DNA from: the human T2T-CHM13v2.0 reference genome, Homo sapiens | DNA length: 64,000 nucleotides | Direction: 5' to 3' (one strand) | Assembly: GCF_009914755.1 (NCBI RefSeq) | Contig: NC_060929.1 | Shown here: in pieces, positions 1 through 12,070 of the stretch | Layout: each line of letters opens with the position of its first letter | Position numbering within the stretch: the first letter of the stretch is position 1 | Notes under the pieces: generated by a model | The model's input: only the letters and a program-made list of their open reading frames with translations | Database searches by the model: none | What the model was told of the DNA's origin: nothing | Translations under genes and position numbers: made by a program

Positions 1-371
1 AAATATAAAACTTTTTCCTTAAATATATGGTGGCCTGATATAGCAATCAACTCAATTTTCGTTAAGATAAAAATTGCTCAGGAAAACAATTATTATTGTT
101 AGAATAATAATTACTTATAATTATTAACAACAAAGTATTTTTTACAAGTTATGGGAAATTGTCACATAGTACACATTTAATAGTATTTTATGTGTAACAT
201 GAGAAATTTTTTGTACATATCTACAAATACAAAAAAGCCTTCTGTAAGAGAAGATGTGTTCCTGTCATTAGATTTAGAACTTGAAATGGATTTTTAATCC
301 TATAAATCAGTACTTTATACATTCTTCACTGTAGCATATTATAATTAATTGTTTAATATATTTTTGATCAA

Positions 372-475
372 CTAGATTGTGAGATTTTCAAGGACAGGAG
401 TGTTGTTTATCTTTTCATCTCAGAGGCTAGCACAATGCCTGACATTTAGAAAATATTGGTTGAAGTAAGGAATAT
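372..475 (+). mobile_element. L2 3' end fragment
   Basis: ctagattgtgag...aggacagg...ctagcacaatgcctgaca...atattggttgaa resembles the L2 terminus. Confidence 0.6.
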
Positions 476-2059
476 ATGAAAAACAGGATTTTACAATTGA
501 GTTGACTATTAGTTAAATTTTTATAATTGCTACCTCTAATAGCTCTTCTATATCATAGACTAAGTAGTCTTTATAGAATGGTCTGAAAATATCTGTTATT
601 TATAACATTTCTGAAAAATCTGTCCTGAGTTTAAGTTTAAAAATAAGCTTTTTTTAAAAGAAAAAAAGACCATTTCTTAAGTTGCAAATCTCCTGTATGT
701 GGAAAACTACACATAAGCAACCATGGTTCCTGCCTTCTGAACACTTAATATTCTTACAGATGAGTTTTTTTTAATTGTTCCTTTTAGTCACTTCCAAATT
801 ACATTGTTACAGAAAAGTGTTCAGTGATAAAAATAGGAAATATTGAACATCCTTTTTCTCTTACAATATGACAAATTGGCCTATTTTTATAGAAGGCAAT
901 AAAAGAATATACTTTAGCCATTTAAAACATTAAGATTTAAGTTTTTATCATCTGTAGAAGCCCAATAACATTTTGAAGGGAATTTTGGAAGTTATGTATA
1001 TTTTAAGGGAAATAACGATCAGACTGTTGAATTCAGCTAAATATTTTCTGTGCATATTTATAGCCTGTTCAGTTTTCATGGTTGTCTTTTCGGGCTGCAT
1101 GTGAATTTATGTATGACAACTTTCCTAATTCCAGACAACTTTTAGAATTTCTTGGTTTAACATTTTAATTTCTGTTTATGCTTTCTGATTTTTGAAATCT
1201 GATTCTTTTTCTTGGTTGGTTATTGATTGTGAGATTGAGGGTAATAATTTCCTATTGATAATGGGGTCACATTTCAGAATAAAGGATGTCTAGAGCTGAA
1301 GACTTTATTTCAGCTTTCACTTACTTAAATTATCAAGAAAGAAGTATGATTGCTTATTTGCCCTGTTGTTTCTCAATAGCCAGATATAAGAGATTTAAAT
1401 TGACTAACATTCATAAACCTTTAATAATAATAATTTAATGAAGCGTAGGTTAATAGAAAACTCAACTAACTAGTCTTCCAGTAGTTGGGTTGTGAGTGTA
1501 CGTGTGCTTAGAAGTTGACCAGCATTTGTTAGTGAGACTTTTAGCCATTAGGTTTGAAACGCCATTCATTTAACCACAACTTTCTCTTCCCAATCATTCC
1601 AGTAGGGTGGGATATAACTAAGTTAATGGTGTTAGTGTAAATTTGTAAACATTTAAATTTATAAACATCCAAAACTACTTGAAAATAAACAATTGAAGTT
1701 ACCTCATAATGGAAAGTGAGCCAACTACTGACCAGCTATAGTTGTCAGAAATTAAAATTTCATTTCTGAGCCAAAAATAAGGTTTAAATCTTTTTCTAAG
1801 TGATAGCATTTCTAAAAAGTTTATAATGTTGTCCTTTGATTTAGAATGGATTTTATTCTGTGTAAATTGTATATGAAACTTGCTATAGCTTTTTTCACAC
1901 TCAACTCTAAGAGAAAAAAGGCAAATACCCTTGACAAGAGGATTTTTGGTAAATTTATTCAACAGAACCTCAGTTCTTTATTATAAGGAACTATTCTTAA
2001 TTCTGAATGAAACAATTCTAAATCATTGTCCCTGTTCTCAAGTTACTTACAATATAAGT

Positions 2060-2562
2060 AACAAAGATGTCCACAATTAAGTCTTTGGTTGACACTCCTT
2101 CCATTGAGAGGTAGTTTCAATATGTGTGGGATTTTTTGACTCATTTATAAATAGTAGAATACAGGAGAAGTGATGCTGCGTGATTTCTGGAGGCTACATC
2201 AGAAAGGGCAACTTTGTGCTTAGAGCCCCAAGTTGTTATATGTCAGACTACCTGAGACTTCCCTGTAGCAAGGAAGCCACACCAGTGTACGCTCTCCAGT
2301 GGGCAGCCCTAGTCTTTGAGGCCTTCCAACCCATCCACCAGATATGAATGAAAGAGCTTTTGGATGGCTCTCAGCCTTGTTTCCACCCCAGCTTTCTAGT
2401 GTTCTCAGCTAAGACACTAACACCTTGGAGCAAAGACAAGCCATCCACGCTGTGTCCTGGACAAATTGCAGACTCACAGAAAATACAAGCATAACAAAAT
2501 GGTCTTTATTTTATGCCACTAAGTTTGGAGTGGTTTATTACACAACTGTGATTACTGGAACA
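2060..2562 (+). mobile_element. MaLR LTR, MLT1G/F-like
   Basis: gacactccttccattgagagg near the start; MLT1-type end tgccactaagtttggagtggtttattacac...actggaaca. Confidence 0.7.
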
Positions 2563-2601
2563 AAGACTTACTTGATTTAGTATATACTATGAGTGAATAG
2601 G

Positions 2602-2739
2602 AGATAAGGACCTTCTTTCCTGGAGGAGTCATGGGAAGCTTCACAGAAACAATGACATATCAACTTGGCAAGATGATGACCTTCTCTCCCGGAAGAGTCG
2701 TGGAAAGCTTCACAGAAACAATAACATAAGAACTTGGCT
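2602..2739. repeat. 69-bp tandem duplication (2 copies) in a decayed minus-strand L2
   Basis: 2602-2670 and 2671-2739 align without gaps; 11 mismatches by manual count. Confidence 0.9.
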
Positions 2740-4133
2740 TTGAATGATGATACTACTAAGACATCTACTAAGTACAGAAGGTAGAAGAGTCCTAAAACTG
2801 AGGAAGCTGTGTGGAATAGCCTGGAGGCTAAGAAAGAAGAGTGTGTTTGGTGAATGACAAGAAGTTTGGTGTGGAAAGAGCAATAGATGGTTAGATCCAG
2901 AATGGTAGTCAAGAAGCTAGAAGTTGTACAATAATTTTTTTGTTATGCCAAGGAAATTTCAGCTGTAGCCTTGTAGGACTAGAAAGTAATAATCAATTTG
3001 CCTTGTAGAAAGATAACTAATTATAAGCTAGGCTAAAAGGGAAAGAAGTGAAAGACAAGGAGAACAGATAATAGTTACATACATAGTTCGGATGACAGAT
3101 GATTGAGGCTGAGATATGTAGCTTTCTTGTAATAGCAAAATAAGATCAGTTAGATAACAATGGTTGTTTGAATTGGTAAATTAATTATGTATTGAATTCA
3201 TATGGTCAAGGCATAATAATCAAAGGCTACAGTCCACCCTGCATTTTGGCAAATTAAATCAATGCCTTTATAAAACATTAATTTTATTAAATGTATTAAT
3301 ATTGCTGAATGACATCTAAAAGCTTCCTCCACTATGAAGTTTGGAGAATTATTATTTTTTAAACTCATTTTTGTATTTCTATTAAGCCATTGATTATAGC
3401 AGGACATTTAAAGAAATGAGACATTGTATCAGTTAATGCACTAATGGAACCATGTGTTATAGGCACTCTGTTCCTCAAAATGAACATCAGTTCAGAGTAA
3501 AGTCCTGAAAAAATTAGTAATTTGTGTAATCATAAAGATTTTACAGTGGGAAAATGTATATAGTGTGTTCAGTTAATATAGTTAAGTGAACATAACACAG
3601 CTGTGGTCAACGGCTTTCTGTATGGATTTGATTGACTTTTAAATAGCATTTGAAATTACTTCACGTATTTTTAGTGTGATAAATAAAAGTTCAGTAGTGA
3701 CATATAACTTTTTATTGAAATCATAATACCATACATATTAGAGACTTTTCCAGGGCAAAAAAATGGCTGGATAGGTCTTTCTCCAGTAATTCTGAGCGTA
3801 GACTGTGTCCCCACAGCTTGTGTTGCCTCATCTACACAGCAAATTGCTGCCAATTGTGGAATACGGTGATCTGTTTTAAAAGCCTTCTGCCTTTCTGAAC
3901 ATTTTGGTTTTACTTTACAGTTTGGTTATATTTAAAACATCAATTTAAAAGTTTAATATTTTTAATTCAAAATCAAAAGTGACAGAATTTTATAGATTAT
4001 TTCCATCTGACTTCTTCTAGTGCTGACCCCTTTTTAATATCTTTAAGAAAGAACACCTTCCAGAATTTGAATAGTCTTGCTTTATAGACCCACTTTTCAT
4101 TCACACATGAGTCTTCTTTAAAAATTCAAGCTG

Positions 4134-4409
4134 CAAAAGTAACACAAGAAGAGAAAACCAAACACCACATGTTGTCACTCATAAGTGGGAGTTGAACAAT
4201 GGGAACACATGGACGCAGGGAGGGGAACATCACACACCAGGGCCTGTCAGGAGATGGGGGTGGGGTGGGGGAGGGATAGCATTAGGAGAAACACCTAATG
4301 TAAATGACTAGTTGATGGGTGCGGCAAACCACCATGGCACCTGTATACCTATGTAACAAACCCGCACATTCTGCACATGTAACCCAGAACTTAAAGTATA
4401 ATAAAAAAA
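4134..4409 (+). mobile_element. 5'-truncated L1PA 3' UTR with poly(A) and TSD
   Basis: ctcataagtgggagttgaacaat...G-tract...cttaaagtataataaaaa; TSD AAAAATTCAAGCTG at 4120-4133 and 4410-4423; TT/AAAA endonuclease site. Confidence 0.93.
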
Positions 4410-5044
4410 AAAAATTCAAGCTGTAGAATTATCCTTAGTCAACCATTTCATGTAAAGCCTAGAGAAATATTCAGCAGAGCATTAAACCAAATATGAAGGC
4501 CTTCTAAGCTTGTGGCCCTGTGCGATTGACAGCACAGGTCACATTCCCATGATGGTTCTTTAACAACCAGCCTTGCTCTTTAGAACCATTGTAGTGAAAC
4601 ACAGCATTCTGTTTTGTTATCCCCTAGACAAGGGCTACCGTAAGTTTGTATTTAAGGGAATTCAGAAGTTCAGCATTACTTCTGCCTTGGATTGATTGTT
4701 TGCTCACTTTAAATCCCATGTGTCTAGCTCAGTCTCTGACCCACAATAGACACTCAATAAATAGTGGATGGGGAAGTGATAGATGATAGTGGTCGCGAGC
4801 CTGTCTCAATGATTCTAGTTCAGTTATCTCTAGATAAGACCCAATGTCTGTTTCTTTGAGCTATAGATAATATTACACTAACCTTGCAGATCCCTCTTCC
4901 AACCAGCTTGGGGGATTTCTTTTAACTCTGGACCTTACATGTCTTGCTCTTGCTCAACTTCTTTCTCTATTCAGTTTTCCTGAAATCTATTTAATTCAGC
5001 ATATTGGAATAATAATTGGGCCCTAATAACAAAGTTAAGACTAG

Positions 5045-5597
5045 AGTGGTAGGCAGAATAGTAAACCACCCACCCTCTTCCCCCAGAGATGTCTACGTCT
5101 TAATTCCTGGAACCTGAGAATATGTTAGACCACGTAGCAATGGGAAATTAAGGCTGCAGATGGAAATAAGGTTGAAAATCAGCAGACCTTAAAAACAGTG
5201 AAATTATCCTGGATTATCCAGTTAGGTCCAATATAATCACAAAGGTCCTTAAGTAGAAAAGAGAGGCAGAAGAAGAAAGTCAGAGGAAGAGATAAGACTA
5301 AGCAAGCAACATCAGAATGATGTGCAGTGAGAAGGAGTCCGCCTGCCATTGCTGGCTTTGAAGTTTTGAAGACAGGAAGGGAGTGGCCTCTACAAGCTAA
5401 AAAAAAAAAACAACAAAACAGAAACAGCTTCTCCACTAGTGCCTCCAGAGAAGTATACAGCTCTGCCAACTTCTTGACTTTTGATCACTGAGATCTGTCA
5501 GACTTCTGACCTCCAGAACTGTAAGATGATAAATTGGCATTGTTCTAAGGCATTATGTTATGGTAATTTGTTGCATCAGCCATAGGAAACAAAAACA
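5045..5597 (+). mobile_element. MaLR LTR, MLT1D-like
   Basis: gtggtaggcagaat start; attaaggctgcagatggaa; gacttctgacctccagaactgtaaga; ends ataggaaac...aca. Confidence 0.85.
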
Positions 5598-5819
5598 GCT
5601 CATCCCACGCTATGGTGAAACTATCCCCCTTGGTCCCAGTTTAGAAATCACTAACCTCCATGGCTAGTATTATTGTCTACCCATGTGTTTGCCACTTCTC
5701 TTGATAGCTAAAAGTAGAGTTCTGTTTTCTTTTTTGTGTATTTCTGTTTTCCTTAACTGGACCACTAAGTTTATGGTTTCAGACTAATGGATGTTGTTTT
5801 CTCAGCGAAGAAGGTAATA

Positions 5820-6364
5820 CAGCCTATTCCAGAAGACACTAGTTTCTTGGGATGTTAATGGTGAAGAGATTGTGAGAAAAGAGGCTTCTGCCACCAGATT
5901 CATTTGGAAAACCTAGGTTAAACAAGGTTCTTTTTTCTTAAAGCACTTACAAAAATATAATGTATGTATAAGGTTTAAAAAAAAAAAACAACAACAGTTT
6001 AAGAGAATATTCAGCAAAAGTATCCCTCTCAGCTAAAATTCCTCTCAGCAGTTACCATTTACCTGTGTATCCTCCCATAGCTATTGTAGACACATGAGCA
6101 CATACACACACATACACACATATATACATGCACATATGGTATAATGTATATACACACATATTCTGGTTTTCTGTACACACTGTTCTACACTTTGCTTTTG
6201 TTTTTCCTAATTAACAGGTTTCCCAATTAACAGAAATTTTAGTGTATAATATGTATATGAAAGACTAAGAGAACTTAGTGGATGAAAATAAAGATTTTCT
6301 GAACATTTGGGACCATAGATTTTTTTAGAAAATATCTTACAGAACTACCTTTTGAGACACACTG
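5820..6364. mobile_element. Possible hAT-Charlie non-autonomous element interrupted by an old L1/simple-repeat fragment
   Basis: acactagtttcttgggatgttaat and a Charlie-like end tttgagacacactg; weak match. Confidence 0.4.
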
Positions 6365-6454
6365 CACACAACCAAGCTGCCTTCCTCAGAAGAAAAAAAC
6401 ATCCTCTGGAGTAGAAGTAAGAGTTAGTGATGACCCCCCCACTCCCATTAGAAT

Positions 6455-6590
6455 GGCCTAGTGTAAAGGGTATGGATTTTGGATTTTAACCTAGGCTAAA
6501 ATCCTGGCTCCATTACCGACTTGACTGCCTGCTCACCTATGCTTACTGGCTGTGTGGTTTCAGGTACATTGCTTAACTTTACTGAGCCTT
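6455..6590 (+). mobile_element. MIR
   Basis: aaatcctggctcc...cttactggctgtgtg...cttaactttactgagcct core. Confidence 0.65.
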
Positions 6591-8429
6591 CTTATTAATA
6601 CACTCTCATATATTCAATTATTTGTTATTTGGTTAATACATGCAATCAGTGGAACTTTTATGTGCTAAATATTGTTCCAAGTCAAATAAAGCAGAGTCCC
6701 CCCAACTGGAGAGGCTTCTAGGCTAGTGAGGGAAGTTTCGTTTGTAGCACAGCAAGCGGCAGTCAGCTCACAGATCACCTGGCCTGTCTTAAAGGAATAA
6801 CTTTCCACCAACGTGACAGTTTTCCACTTTCATAGGCATAGATCAACAGTAGCAAATGTCACCTATGTGACTTCAAAACTTGGAATGTATGCAGGACATT
6901 TCAGGTATTGATTTTTTAAGTATCTGTGTACTTTGGTATTGATTAATGAATTACCATAACAATTTTGTTTATCTGAATAAAGTACAGCTAGAGTAACAAA
7001 ATCTTTAGTCATTATGAAATTATAACATTTCTGTGTAAGTGGCCAGCATCCTTGTAGATTCTGGATATGTTTACCTTAGTGGTTGACTTTAAAATTTGAA
7101 TTCTCCAGAACAGATAATCTTATTTTTAAATCTGTAATATATGTATATTTTACAGGAAAATTTTAGATTTCTCATCCTTTCCCAATGTCTATAAAGCATG
7201 TCAATTCATTTTAACATTAAGTGTATTCACTCTTTATTATTCTGCTGATTTTATTTCCATCTTCTTCCTGCTCTTGATGAATTTAAACAGCAAAGTCATA
7301 TTCATTAGAAAAAGATATCTTTAGGAATTTAACTGAAAATAACAAATGCAATTTCTTTTATTTGCCATTTTGTCTGCCAGAAAGTTTCAGCTTCTCTTTT
7401 TATTTTCTAGGCCAACGAAATGACGTGTAGGCCTAGTGAATTCCAGGCAATGTTCAGCACTGGTTTTACTGAATCTGGATGACTTCAGTCTGTTAATTTA
7501 TTTAGGAGATGGTTTTGGTTTTTATAAGGTCAACTAGAAATTTGTAGGCTACTTTTCCCACTTATTCTAAGATCAAATTTTTTTTAATACTAACATTTAA
7601 AATTTGAAAATACAGTGGTAACTTTGGTGATGTCAAGTCTTTAAGCACATTATTTAAAACTTTTCCATTTAAGAAGTGTTTCCATAATTGAGTTTATTTC
7701 ATAATGGGAATTCTGTTAAGGTCAATCTGATAGCTGCTTAGTTACTTAATATCAGCAAGTACCTGATATTTTGATTTGGCTGTTTTTTAAGGTCATTTCG
7801 ATTAAGGTTTGATTTGATATGTCCTAAAAACAAACCGTAAAATATTTGACTTTTTTTTTTTTTTAACCAAATGATGTGTGCCCCAGCCAGTGCTTAGGAT
7901 GGATTCTCAATTTGTACAGTGCCCTTACCTTACCCCTCATCTTCATCCCTTGCCCCATATCTGAGCTTTACCCTCGTCGTCATCGGTGATGAGGAGGATG
8001 AATGCCAGGGAAGTTTGTGATAAAACAAAGATGTATATACTTTTGTTATTTTAACATGAGTAAAACAGCTGCCTCAGAATGCCCTGCCATGGTGGATAGG
8101 CAGGAATTGACCATTTGCTGGATTTTTGCTGTGACTGCTGCAGTCCAAGAATTTGAGACTTCATTCTCCCCAAAAGAAAACATCGCCTGTTCTTCTTGTC
8201 TGTAATAAATCATGAACATAGCAGTATTCTTCCAGGCTATTCTTCTCAACTCCAGATAATTTATAGTGGGTGAGACTCATTAGCCTAAAGTGTATTTACA
8301 GGTTTGTCAGTCAGAGTTGAATAGAGAGCCAGTGTTTGGGTGGCAAGTGGAAACAGCACAAGCTGTGGGCACACAAAGTAAACTTGGCCCTTGGCTTCTG
8401 TACAACACTCCTCCCTGGTTTTACTCATT

Positions 8430-8800
8430 TTTAGAGTCGTTCCTTTTTTGACTCATTTCTTTCTCTAGCTGTCTGTCCCTACAATTTTAATATTCTCCAC
8501 TATTTCTTGCTAAACCTTTTCTCTCTGATGGTCTCTTCTCTGGGTGATCATTTCAACTCACCCAGTTGCCTTATAGCAATGACTGCTGTCTTGGTTCATC
8601 TAGTCCAAACATCTCTCCTGAGTCCTATACCTCGGTATTTGTTAACCTACTCAAAATATATCTGCATTTGGATATCCTTCAGGCACTCAGACTTACCCGT
8701 TATGTCTGAAACTGAAGTCTTTATGCCTAATACTAAACCTTCTCCTCTTCCATGTCACCATCTTCACAATAGCCAAAGCTACAAAATCTAGAATTCTGAG
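8430..8800 (+). mobile_element. L2 fragment
   Basis: ctctcctgag...ggatatccttcaggcactcagactta...atgtctgaaactgaa, typical of the L2 3' region. Confidence 0.65.
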
Positions 8801-8909
8801 AATATTGTCATGGAAGAGAAATAATAAGATCCAGAACCATTCTCTCATGAAATAGCAGATCAGATCCAAAAGTATTATGTATGTACATACACAGATACAC
8901 TGACACAGA

Positions 8910-8910
<1 letters not shown>

Positions 8911-8947
<37 letters not shown>
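8911..8947. repeat. (CA)18 microsatellite
   Basis: Perfect CA run read directly. Confidence 0.97.
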
Positions 8948-8949
<2 letters not shown>

Positions 8950-9030
8950 CGTTGTTCAAAGAGTAATATTGCATAGTTTTGCATGGTTTTGAAATTTAAA
9001 TAAATATAATCATTTATTTAAATGTGTGTG

Positions 9031-9344
9031 TTTTTTTTAAGAGATGGGGTCTCACTCTGTCACCCAGGCTGGAGTGCAATGGCATGATCATAGTTCACTG
9101 CATCCTCAAACTCCTAGGTTCAAGGGATCCTCCTGCTTCAGCCTCTTGAGTAGCTAGCACTACAGATGTGTACCACCACACCCAGCTAATTTATTTTTCA
9201 CTTTTTTTTTTTTTTTTTTTTTTTTTTGTAGAGACAGAGTCTCACTGTCTTGCCCAGTAATATGGTCTCATACTTCTCATACTACTAGGCTCAAATGATC
9301 CTCCCGCCTCAGCCTCCCAAAGTGTTAGGATACAAGTGTGAGCC
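9031..9344 (-). mobile_element. AluJ with its central A-linker expanded (T26 at 9202-9227)
   Basis: gagatggggtctcactctgtcacccaggctgg...atcatagttcactgcatcctcaaactcc (J-type)...cctcccaaagtg. Confidence 0.9.
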
Positions 9345-10165
9345 TTGCTCTTTTGCTCAACATTATGCTTAAGATTCATGTATGTGTATAACTGTATAAT
9401 CTAGTCCATTATATGAAAATTTAATAATTAATTCCCCTATTTTCCTTTGGAGAGACATTTGGGTAGTTCTTGCTTTTCACTGTTGCAAACAATGCATCTA
9501 TGATTGTGTACCTATCTCCTGATACACATATGCAAATGTTTCTCAAGGGAATGTACCTATGAGTAGAATTCCTAGGTTATAGGTACATATACCTTCATAT
9601 ACCTTGACAGTTACTACCAAATTGTTTTATAAAATGGTTTCAAACATTTGCACTCCTACCAGCAAGAATTTATCTAGTTATTCCACATCCTCCAAAATAT
9701 TTGATATTATTGTACATTTTAATTTTTGCTAATCTGGTGTAAAATATTTCACACTGGCTTTAATTTGCATTTCCTTGGTCGCTAATGAAGTTGAGCTTAT
9801 TATCATATGTTTCTTTACCTCCATTGTTTCCTCTTTTTGGAAGTTCCTATAGTCTTTGGCATATGTTTTGGCTTTTAAAACATTGTTAATAGGAGTTCTT
9901 TGGATATTCTTTGTTACTAGCATATGTCGCAGTATCTCCTCACAGTTTGTGACTTGTCATTTCATTCTCTTTAAGGTATCTGTTGATAAACAGAAGTACT
10001 TACTTCAAATGCAATTCAGTGTATCAATCTTTATCTTAATGGTTTTCAATTTCTGCCTTGAATAAACTTTCTTATTTCAAGGTAATAAAGACATTCCCCT
10101 TTATTTTCTTCTAAAAGCTTTAAAGTTTTGCCTTTCTCACTTAAGTGTTTAATTCACCTGGAATC
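9345..10165 (-). mobile_element. Old L1M fragment (ORF2 3' region)
   Basis: Minus-strand translation TSLATKEMQIKA resembles L1 ORF2; ttaatttgcatttccttg motif. Confidence 0.75.
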
Positions 10166-12070
10166 ATGCTTGTTTGACTTCTGACACACAAAAAAATTGA
10201 ATTGTATATGTGTTGTATAGGTAGAAATATAGTTAGGCCTCAAAAAATTAGTTATTTAAAATAACAGTTGAGTTTTTAAATTTAAAATCATTGTTTTTGT
10301 CAAAAGTCAAAACAAGCATGATTCTTCAAGTGTTATGGCGCCATCAATCACTATTCATTTTCCCAGATCTCTCTGTTTGCACAGGTTGACACCTTGACGT
10401 ATTTCAGAAATATTACTCTCAGAACATGTTATAAAACATAAGTCACTCTAAACAATACTAATGCTTCTCGTTTGAATAGGAAGCGATTGCTATTCCGGCC
10501 GTAGTGATACCATTTTAAACTTGGCTGAGAAAATGTCTTTACAAAATGAGATAAATATCATTTTAAGGATGTTACTAATTTAACTCCTATAAAGTTAAAA
10601 GAGAAGTCAATAATTTATTCTAACATTTTTAGAGAAACTTTCCCTGGATTAGACTTTCTTTTTAATAAATCTAGCTTTTGATCTATAATGTTCATAGTTA
10701 ATTAGATGATGTAGTGCAATTTTTATTCAAGTTGTAGTTTGTGTATGTGTGTGCCTGTGTGTGTGTGTTTTAACACAGTATGAAATTAAACTAATAGAAC
10801 ATAGGAATCTCTGCAACTATATTTTTGAGAATATACACCACGTTTTAGTGAGAGTATCATCTGGAGAAGTTTCATTATATTCTCTTTATTTGAAAAAAGA
10901 CTTAGGCTTTAGCCTGTAACTTTAGTTTCTTATTCTGTCATTAATGTTTCCTCTTTAATTCACATTAATCATTTATTCCACAAATATTTCTTGAGAGCCT
11001 GTATTTTGCAAAGTAGTCTATGCTGAACTATTCAAACATAACAAATTCAGATTCAGGAACTGGAAGAGCTCTAAGATCACTTATAATAACCTCAACCTTC
11101 CACAAACGAAGAAACTGAGGTCCAGCAGTGACCTGACCAAAATTTCTATTGAGATTCAGAATATCTAGATTCAGAATATCCCCTATTGAACCACGTTGCC
11201 CACAGAAAACTATCCGAACATATACCTGAATGTTAAATATTGATATAATATTTATAGAGATGTCTAAAAGGATAAGTCACGCTTTGTGAACAAATTATGT
11301 CATTTAGGTGTTACCTTCAAGCTATTTATAACATTTTTAAGATAAAAAGACACACTTGAAAACATTAGGTAAATGTTTAACTTAAAGCTTTCTGAGAGCA
11401 GGAGTAACACTTATATTTGTTCTATTTTCCTAACACAGTGAGCTGTTCATAGTGTATAATCAACAAGTACAGTATTGATTAAATAAACAAAACTGTATGT
11501 TGAAATATAAGATACAGATATTAGGTACTGTAAATGACCAGAGGAAATAAAAATTACAAATATGAAATGAAATAGGAACATGGAAAAAAAGTAAGTCCTT
11601 GTGGAAGGTTTAGAATTTAAACAGAGCCGTAACTAATGGCTATAATTTCATTAAGAACACCCAAGTTTCTAATTATTTGTTTCTCTCACTTTCCATTAAA
11701 ACTTTAGATACAGGTTCTCTGAGTTGTTTACTTCAAATTATACCTCTAAGCGTGATTTCTTGGAGAAGGCATGTTCATGAAAAAAATATGATAAATATGC
11801 TAAGATATATGTATAAGGATACTAATTGTCTAGTTTATAAGGGCATTTAAAAATTGAACCAACCCAAACCTCTATCAGTGAACTAATAGTACATCAAAAT
11901 TAAAATCAATGATGAATGTAGATCTAAATTTTTCAACATGAAAATACATCTCTAATATATTATAGAGTAAAAATATCAAGCTGCAAAACTATAAATGTGT
12001 AGAATGATCACATTTTTGTAAAAAAAAGGCTGTGAATGTACAAGTAATGCAAAATAGGATAGTAGACATT

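Noticed and set aside
4255-4276. G-quadruplex-like G-tract (also 51243-51259)
   Set aside because: Standard L1 3' UTR polypurine tract.
7972-8000. Imperfect hairpin cctcgtcgtcatc-ggt-gatgaggaggatg
   Set aside because: Only about 10 of 13 pairs in triplet-like low-complexity sequence; compatible with chance.
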